The notes under the pieces are model-generated. The model was not told the origin of the DNA. It saw only the letters and a list, made by a program, of their open reading frames with translations, and did not search any database. Shown here piece by piece: positions 10,378 through 18,844 of a stretch of DNA of 18,844 nucleotides. Within the stretch, counting starts at the first letter, position 1. Each line of letters opens with the position of its first letter. The position numbers and the translations under genes are program-made. Where the stretch lies: NCBI GenBank assembly GCA_030141605.1, contig JAQGDQ010001980.1:1-18844 (forward strand), given 5' to 3'. Source of the DNA: Tubiluchus corallicola (lineage: Eukaryota; Animalia; Priapulida).

Positions 10378-10887
10378 GGTTGGCATCCTTCTGTCTCGGA
10401 AGACAATGGATTGTGCGTCAAGAGTCAGTTATTGATCACATTGATGGAGCTGCAGCGTCGACTGTGGCTGAGCAGTGCGATCCTTGAACGTCTCCAGGGT
10501 GCACGCCTGGGCAAGGTGTATGGAGATCCTGAGTTGTCCAGACAACAGGAACCCCCTCTCTTCCTCCCTGGTGTAGTCCAAAGGAAAGCTGAGCGATACA
10601 TTTGGCACCAGATTGGCTGCAGGAGTCAGTGAGCATGCTCCACTCCTTATTTGGAAGGTTTACTCCTCTACACATGGCCGTTGGGTCACTTGACCTACTC
10701 CGCCCTCTAGCCGTTGGCTGCTTGTGCAGCTCCTCCGCCTAGTGTCAAGACACAGTGTGGGCACCCTGCAAGCCTACAGCACCTGGTGTTCCTAGGCGGT
10801 CACGCATCCAAATACTAAACAGGCTCTACGTTGCTTAACTTCGGTGATCAGACGAGAACCGGTATTTTCAACGTGATTTGGCCGTAG
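10378..10887 (-). mobile_element. 5S rRNA-derived SINE (SINE3-type) with RTE LINE-derived 3' tail
   Basis: 5S head at 10770-10887 runs on without an oligo-T terminator into a ~280-bp body. The tail (10490-10425) encodes RSRIALLSHSRRCSS (RTE C-terminal SRIGLxSHxRRC motif), followed by a 3' stem-loop tgtct-cgga-agaca (10392-10405) and ...gaaggatgccaacc end. Direct repeat GTAGTTATT at 10369-10377 and 10884-10892. Confidence 0.82.
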
Positions 10888-10889
10888 TT
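10770..10889 (-). pseudogene. 5S rRNA-derived sequence (near full length; SINE head rather than functional gene)
   Basis: Minus strand ctacggccaaatcacgttgaaaataccggttctcgtctgatcaccgaagttaagcaacgtagagcctgtttagtatttggatgcgtgaccgcctaggaacaccaggtgctgtaggctt matches animal 5S. A box (AGTTAAGC) is intact, the C box has a substitution, the first 2 nt are replaced, and there is no TTTT terminator. Confidence 0.9.
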
Positions 10890-11256
10890 ATTATTAAGTG
10901 AAAAACAGTAGCAGCTGTTAGAAGGGTGTTTAATTTCCCAGAGTGAAAGTTTTATTGATAAATCAGAATTCTGCAGCTGTAATGTGGAGAATTTCATATC
11001 TTGTGAGCACAGCAAGTGTACTTTATTACTTTACTCACATCCATATGGGGCCACAGATGCTAGATAGGGCTAATATTGGTCACGATCCGAACCTTAACAT
11101 CTGGGACTGTGATTGGGAGATTGTGAATTTCTGTTTACACAAGATATCTGGGTAAGAAGTTTAATAATCGCAAGTGCATTGTGCAGAGCTAAACTCAAGT
11201 CGTATCTGTAAGTTTGGGGCGGGGATATAAATTTTAACAAAATTAATGATTGCTCA

Positions 11257-11716
11257 CCCTTTCATACCCATTGTATCCCGTGGGATACGAGAATATTTTC
11301 TGCCTTTAAAATTAATAAAATTTTAAAACTGACAGTCATTTGATCTGTTAATAGTTATTTTGATTTAAGCCAATAACAATGGACTAAAAATGGCGATAAA
11401 ATGGCAAACTAGAAAATCTACATAGCATAAAAAACTGCGCAAGGTACAGTACTTTAGAGATGACTTTGTACAGATGAGCATAGCGTGCATACTAAATGTC
11501 TTAAATACTGTAAAAAATTATCAGCAGTTTCAAAATGAAGCACATTTTACGCTTCCATTGAATCCCAATGTATCCCGTGGGATACAGGCTATATTTAGCA
11601 CGCGGGCACAGGTAGTAAAAATAATTATTATGTGTAAATAAGATGGACATACTGAACAAAAGTACCAAGCCAAAAAACATTTTTCTTATTAAAAAAATAA
11701 TTTGGGACAGAAAAGG
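11257..11716. mobile_element. piggyBac-like non-autonomous element (MITE), ~460 bp
   Basis: TIRs ccctttcataccca (11257-11270) and tgggacagaaaggg (11703-11716), 11/14 match. TTAA at 11717-11720; the left site reads CTCA (decayed). Two internal palindromes gtatccc-gt-gggatac at 11273-11288 and 11570-11585. Confidence 0.62.
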
Positions 11717-12210
11717 GTTAAAGGAAAAAGAACGCAATTAAATTTTAAATGGCCTAAAAATTAAATTCGCAGGCACACGTGTTTCGCAAATGTTTAGATT
11801 TTGTTCAAGATTTCATCTGATATTTTGTAAGAATTGTTGTTTACGCTGCTTGTAGCTACGTGTTTATTTTCTCACGAAAAAACGTGATTTTCTCGCATTA
11901 TCACGTGGAGTCGAAGCAGCTGTCACCTGTTTGGATCTTCTTATTTAATTATGCGTGTAGACGAATTCATTTGCCTAATGTTCATGATTATACTGGATAA
12001 GATTAAACGATGTTAATATCGCATATATATGCGGTTCACATCTGTCCCATACAGACGCCTACATTTCTTAGCAAAATAGCAAACAAGCACATCTGTTACA
12101 AAATGTCGTCCCACCTTGTCATTTAAATTTTATGGTGTTCTTTAATGTCATTCCTTAATTGTTACGCGCTAAGACAGATTAGTACAGCTTGTACAGATTA
12201 GAGCTTGTAC

Positions 12211-12705
12211 TTCTTCTTCTTCTTCCCAGCTTTCCCCTATTCTGGGTCACCGTTGTGAAGGAGTCTTCTCCATGCATTCCTGTTGTTGACCATCTCTTCA
12301 TTTATGTCTTTCCTTCCCACATGATCTTCACCGACTCTTCTTTACAGGTGTCCATACCATCGCAATCTTGCGAGGCTTCCACTACTTTTACTGTTCCTCT
12401 GATATTATTATTTCTAATTTTACCTCTTCTTGTTATTCCCACCATCCATCTCAACATCCTCATCTCCACCACACCCATTTTCTTCTCTTCGGTCTTCTTT
12501 AGAGAAGCTGCTTCCAGCCCATAGATTAGAGCGGGTCTGACCACTTCTTTGTGGACTTTCCCTTTAAGTCTCACCAACTCATTCATAGAAGGTTTTGGCG
12601 CAGTTTTTACAGGCGGATGCCCTTCCTGACCCTAACCCTCCCTATTTATCTGGGCTTGGGACCGGCACTGAGTTGGGCTGGCTTGCCCCCCCCCAGTGGC
12701 TAGGT
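12211..12705 (-). mobile_element. Non-autonomous internally deleted (bipartite) RTE-clade LINE, Expander/Rex3-like
   Basis: 19-bp TSD tacagattagagcttgtac (12192-12210, 12706-12724) and a (GAA)n tail. ORF fragment LKGKVHKEVVRPALIYGLEA...EMRMLRWMVG...IRNNNIRG is followed by frameshifted RLRWYGHL*RR...WRRLLHNGDP. The 5' ~120 bp (gtgccggtcccaagccc...ggaagggcatcc...taaaa) resembles RTE 5' UTRs. Confidence 0.9.
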
Positions 12706-12789
12706 TACAGATTAGAGCTTGTACAGATTATGCAAAACAAGGCATCATTGATAAATCTTTAGAGCTGTTGTCAACATAGCGCAATCTAC

Positions 12790-13103
12790 TATCTTTCTTC
12801 CTACCATTTTCACTAACACATCCTTCTACCCTTCCTGTGTAATCTAACCTTTCTCCCAGTTCTTTTTTTTTGTTCACTCATCCATTCTTTTTTTATCGGG
12901 TTCACATGACAGTGGGCTTATACAAGCCTTTGCTTCTCTAGCCCACTGCAGTACATTTATTCTTTTATGATAACGATAGTGTTTGAAACATAACAATTTA
13001 ATACAGTATGATGTAATAATTTTCATCTCACTGTGTGCTTAATGTCATTATATTGTACTGAATGTGATGATGATAATAAATAAATAAAAAATAAATAAAT
13101 AAA
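12790..13103 (+). mobile_element. Probable 3' UTR remnant of a CR1/L2-group LINE
   Basis: Pyrimidine tract, then a hairpin cagtgggct(12910-12918)...agcccactg(12940-12948) with inner aagc/gctt, then an AT-rich stretch ending in an (AAAT)n tail at ~13075-13103. Confidence 0.42.
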
Positions 13104-13653
13104 AGAGGAAAACGGGCAGGAGCCAGGTTTCGTTACATTGGCTCCAGGCATACCCACTCAACCAAAAAGTCCCCTCCCTCGAATCACGTTAAATTACAGC
13201 AGCCAATTCTCTAAATAAAAAGGCGCTTACGAACAATACACTCCTAAGGACTTTAATAGCCTTACTGATTGCTAAGTGCCTAGGTATTTATCAAAATCCT
13301 AGCCTATCATCAAAGCTTTTTCAACGTACAAGAACTGAAGAAAATAATTAGGGTAAATTAATAGCCAACATTAGATAACATTAGACAACATGCTAGTGGA
13401 AGGTTTTTCAGTTGTATCAATTCTGATTACATAATTATTTTATATGTAAAATATTTGCATTCTCTCTATTCTCTCTATTTTTATTTGGATTCTCATTCTC
13501 TTTTTCTTTCTCCCTTTCACTCTTTCTCTCTCACTTTCTTTACCTCTGCTATTCTCTACCTGTTGGCAGGTTCTCTTAACTCCGCTCCTCTCACCTCCTC
13601 TCCTTACCTCTTCTCTCCTCTCTTCTTCTCTCCTCTTTTCTCATTCTTTCTCA

Positions 13654-13757
13654 AGTCAGTCAGTCAGTCAGTCAGTCAGTCAGTCAGTCAGTCAGTCAGT
13701 CAGTCAGTCAGTCAATCAGTCAGGCAGTCAGTCAGACAGACAGACAATCAGTCAGTC
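13654..13757. repeat. (CAGT)n microsatellite decaying to CAGA; (CTGT)/(CCGT) repeats follow to ~13960
   Basis: Direct observation. Confidence 0.95.
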
Positions 13758-14063
13758 TCCCAGCCAACCGGTCAGCAACTCACTCAATCTGTCTATGTGT
13801 ATGTCTGTCTATTCGTCCGTCCGTCTGCCCGTCCGTACATCCGTCTGACCATTGGTCTGTCTGTCTGTCTGTCTGCTATATATGTTATGTATTCTATGAA
13901 CTTAATTCGAAATAAATTTTTAAATAAAAAATCCGCCCGTCTGTCTGTCTGTCTGTCTGTGTGTCCCTCACACACTTTCTCATTTTTTGTATTCATCCTG
14001 CCAAGATTTGTTTGATTGCATCATAGTTACCTGGTCTGCATGCGATTAAGCAACTATTTTGAT

Positions 14064-14170
14064 TAAACAAGCAAACAACCAAGGTCAAAACGTCAGTCCA
14101 CCATAGGACATTAACACCGGTCAAAGTTCTGCAGCCAAATGACCTTAACGTCAGCAGGTCGCGCTGACCT
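14064..14170. promoter_or_regulatory. Candidate nuclear-receptor-responsive enhancer
   Basis: CCAAGGTCA at 14079-14087, CGGTCA-A-AGTTCT at 14118-14130, TGACCTT at 14140-14146, AGGTCG-cgc-TGACCT at 14156-14170, and forkhead-like TAAACAA at 14064. Motif match only. Confidence 0.33.
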
Positions 14171-14401
14171 AGGCCTGCCCGAGATCTTTGGCTCATTGCC
14201 CTGCAGGTGACTACGTCTTAAGTAAAGATCGGAATCTCCTTATCAGCGAATTGACGTTCCTAAGTCGATCCTATCTTGGGCAAAGCTAAATTACCAAGGC
14301 GCATGTAAAACGTAAATAGATCCACAGACAACGCTCAATAGGGTTTTCTGGCTTCCTTGCTTTATTGAAATACACCATAATTGAGTTTTCGGAAAAAATG
14401 C

Positions 14402-15199
<798 letters not shown>

Positions 15200-16005
15200 T
15201 TTCGTGTAATTTCACCTTGTATAGTTCACATATGCCCTATATGCATGCTGTATCATAATAGAACCGCCATATTTAGATCACGTGAACAGTTCGTGAGAAT
15301 CCTGAATCGTGATGTCTAAGATTTATCAGCAGGAGCTCAATGTAGTTTGCACGAGAAACGTTCATTATGTTGGGGTCACTTAATTGTCCAATTTTGCCTG
15401 AGGTGCGCTTAATGGCTTTTATAATTAATCCAATTAGCCGTTGTGTTTTTCTACTTTTCTCTTTACTCATTCCCTCTTTCGTCATTCTATCTTTCTCACA
15501 TCACTCGTCATATTTTCTTTTTCTTTTTTTTATCTTTTGTGATGTTCTTCTTCGATTTCTCTTTTCTTGATCTTTTCTTGATTTTTTCACACTAATTTTT
15601 TTAATTCCTTTGTTTCGTTCGTTGTCTGTTCGTTCATTCATTTATTCATTCATTCGTGCATTCGTTTGTTTACTGTTTTGTTTATTTGGTGATTTTTAAT
15701 TTTTTTAACGTTTCGTTTTTTCATAATTGCAAGTTTGACTTACTTTTCTTCTCTCTCTTTTTGTTCTATTTTATTTTTCTTTGTCTCTTCTTCCGTCATT
15801 TTTCTTGTCTTCCCCTCACCTGCCTTTTCCTTTTTTCTTTCTTTTAGTGCTTACTCCCCTCACTTCTTTTTCATTTTTTCATTCTCCCTTTCCTCGTCCT
15901 TTCTATGTGCACTTTTTACTTTCTTTGTTTTCTAATTCTTTCTCCGCTCTTTCCTTCCTTCCTTCTATCTTCTTTCCTTTTGATTTTTTCTTTATTACTC
16001 TCCCT

Positions 16006-16112
16006 CGGGGCCCATTTCAAGGGGGGGGGATACTTCCCCGGGGCCTCACCCTCTAGGGGGGCCTCACGCCAAGGTAACATTTTTTTGCTTTATGCGAACC
16101 TACTGCCTCTCC

Positions 16113-16201
<89 letters not shown>

Positions 16202-16451
16202 TCTCTCATAAGTATTAAGGACTGGTCTTGAGAATAAAGCAGTTTTTCTTTCAATTGTTCTTTCCCTTAACAACTGTATAACTCCATAGTTTCTCTTCGA
16301 AAATGCTTCTCCGGCGTTCTAGCAGTTCAAAAATTTTCTGGGCGCCAACCATGGTAGCTAACGCCCATAACTCGCATCCCCCCACCCCCACCCCCATGGG
16401 GCCTCGCACGCCCCACTTCCCCGGGCCTCGCCTAGGCTGAAATAGGCCCTG
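16006..16451. mobile_element. hAT-superfamily MITE (446 bp) containing a (CT)n microsatellite
   Basis: TIRs cggggcccatttca (16006-16019) and tgaaataggccctg (16438-16451), 12/14 match. Perfect 8-bp TSD CTCTCCCT at 15998-16005 and 16452-16459. Subterminal repeat acttccccgggcctc at both ends; (CT)n at 16107-16207. Confidence 0.85.
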
Positions 16452-16553
16452 CTCTCCCTTCATGGATTTATCTTCCCTTCGTCTATAGAACCCCACGCAG
16501 TTAAGATAATAATTAGTATAATTCAGTAACACCTGAACAAGCGGTGAAACAGA

Positions 16554-16646
16554 CACGTGTTCTATGATTGAGCGTTATCAGTTGTCAAGTAGATGTCACG
16601 TGACTCCCACAGATTAATGCTGATGACGTCAAACGTAGCTCAGCTG
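16554..16646. promoter_or_regulatory. Candidate bHLH/bZIP motif cluster
   Basis: CACGTG at 16554, GTCACGTGAC at 16595-16604, TGACGTCA at 16624-16631, CAGCTG at 16641. Motif match only. Confidence 0.3.
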
Positions 16647-16965
16647 CAAAGTTTACAAGTTATCTGTTGAAAATGTCACGGTTACTGCGCAGCAAATTTA
16701 GAAAATCAGCAAGCGTTATTTTCAGAGTTTACGCTTGATGAATAATTAAACAAGCAATAAACAGTCACAGTTGAACCTGCGTGCTGAATAAAGGCCATTT
16801 ACACTTATAAAAACCGGTGAATAAAATTAGAATTTTTTATACTTCTTACTCAGAACTGCATTAGCCATCAAAACCTAGGTTAGGCCAACGAATTAGAAGA
16901 TTACCTATTTAAACACATTGCTCTCTTATTTCAGTGAAGCTAACTGTTTCTTATGTTAAAACGAG

Positions 16966-18205
16966 TATAATATGATATGATATGATATGATATGATATGA
17001 TATGATATGATATGACATGACATTACATGATATGACATGACATGACATACCATAATATAATATATATTATAATATATATATAATATAATATAATATAATA
17101 TAATATAATATAATATAATATAATATAATATAATATAATATAATATAATATAATATAATATAATATAATGTAATATAATATAATATAATGTAATATAATA
17201 TAATATAATATAATATAATATAATATAATATAATATAAATAGTATAGTATAGTATATTGTATTATAGTATATTATATTATAATATATTATATTATAATAT
17301 AGTATAATATAATATAATATAATATAATATAATATAATATTATAATATAATATAATATAATATAATATAATATAATATAATATAATATAATATAATATAA
17401 TATAATATAATATAATATAATATAATATAATATAATATAATATAATATAATATAATATAATATAATATAATATAATATAATATAATATAATATAATATAA
17501 TATAATATAATATAATTATATTATATTATATTATATTATATTATATTATATTATATTATATTATATTATATTATATAATATAATATAATATAATATAATA
17601 TAATATAATATAATATAATATAATATAATATAATATAATATAATATAATATAATATAATATAATATAATATAATATAATATAATATAATATAATATAATA
17701 TAATATAATATAATATAATATAATATAATATAATATAATATAATATAATATAATATATTATAATATAATATAATATAATATAATATAATATAATATAATA
17801 TAATATAATATAATATAATATAATATAATATAATATAATATAATATAATATAATATAATATAATATAATATAATATAATATAATATAATATAATATAATA
17901 TAATATAATATGTATAATATAATATATTATAATATAATATGATGTGATATGATATGATATGATGTGATGTGATGTGATGCGATGCAACGCAATGCAACGC
18001 AACGCAACACAACACAACACAACACAACACAACACAACACAACACAACACAACACAACACAACACAACACAATACAATACAATACAATACAATACAATAC
18101 AATACAATACAATACAATACAATACAATACAATACAATACAATACAATACAATACAATAAAATACAACATAATATAACATAATATAATATGATATAATAT
18201 AAAAT
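16966..18205. repeat. Compound pentanucleotide microsatellite array (ATATG, ACATG, TAATA, inverted TATTA, GTGAT, GCAAC, CAACA, CAATA)
   Basis: Period-5 repeats over ~1.24 kb with stepwise unit changes. Confidence 0.97.
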
Positions 18206-18490
18206 ATTTTCAATAAATAATAAACGATTCAAACTTATTCACTTAAATCCTTAGCTAATCAACATTGAACAGTCATTATTGTTCTCAAAAGTGAATTGCT
18301 GAAGAATTCCGCGCAAAAAAACACTAAAAAACGTAAACAGAAATTTAAAGGAGACATTCAAAATGGAGGCATAATCTTACACCATACCAGGATCAGGTCG
18401 TCAAATGTTGGAAACGCTACGAAGTACCTAAATCTAAGGACTCCAGTCTACCCGTGTTGTTACTGTCAACGGACGCTGGAAGAGTCGAAG

Positions 18491-18844
18491 ATAGTATTGT
18501 ATTGTATTGTATTGTATTGTATTGTATTGTATTGTATTGTATTGTATTGTATTGTATTGTATTGTATTGTAGTGTAGTGTAGTGTATTGTATTGTATTGT
18601 ATTGTATTGTATTGTATTGTATTGTATTGTATTGTATTGCATTGCATTGCATTGCATTGCATTGCATTGCATTGCATTGCATTGCATTGCATTGCATTGC
18701 ATTTCATCGCATCATATCAAATCATATTATATTATATTATATTATTTTATATTATATTATGTTATGTTATGTTATGTTATGTTATGTTATGTTATGTTAT
18801 GTTATGTTATGTTATGTTATGTTATGTTATGTTATGTTATGTTA
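18491..18844. repeat. Compound pentanucleotide array (TATTG, TAGTG, CATTG, TATTA, TGTTA), running off the window end
   Basis: Direct observation; units are reverse complements of those in the preceding array. Confidence 0.97.

Noticed and set aside
10411-10675. Two overlapping ORFs (73 aa plus, 79 aa minus)
   Set aside because: Both lie within the SINE body; the RTE-like peptide is in a different frame.
10770-10889. Functional 5S rRNA gene
   Set aside because: Solitary, no oligo-T terminator, altered 5' end and C box, and embedded in a TSD-flanked element with a LINE tail.
10943-11157. Possible coding exon ending at G|GTAAGA (~11152)
   Set aside because: No recognisable protein similarity, no convincing acceptor and no partner exons; cannot be supported without RNA data.
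12020-12033. 14-bp palindrome CGCATATATATGCG as a Helitron 3' hairpin
   Set aside because: The core is a TA repeat and there is no CTRR terminus at the expected distance.
12189-12524. 111-aa plus-strand ORF
   Set aside because: Antisense shadow of the RTE fragment.
16620-16640. Minimal hammerhead ribozyme (CTGATGA...)
   Set aside because: Followed by CGTCAAAC and lacking the required GAAA; no stems I/III found.

Overview
AT-rich, repeat-dense eukaryotic DNA that looks intronic or intergenic. It is most likely from an invertebrate animal, inferred from the 5S sequence and TE types. No intact host protein-coding gene is supported, and nearly all listed ORFs are microsatellite artefacts. Main contents: (1) a 56-copy, 62-bp minisatellite (1143-4614) with six shuffled biallelic sites; (2) a chimeric SINE made of a 5S rRNA head, a middle body and an RTE-LINE-derived tail, with a 9-bp TSD (10378-10887, minus); (3) a non-autonomous, internally deleted 'bipartite' RTE with a 19-bp TSD (12211-12705, minus), plus a 39-bp 3' tip of the same family at 7516-7554; (4) an RTEX-like LINE C-terminal remnant; (5) a hAT MITE with an 8-bp TSD and a piggyBac-like MITE; (6) many microsatellites, including two compound pentamer arrays arranged as mirror images around a ~290-bp unique core. 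Several dense transcription-factor motif clusters are candidate cis-regulatory modules. All family assignments rest on recalled motifs, not database searches.
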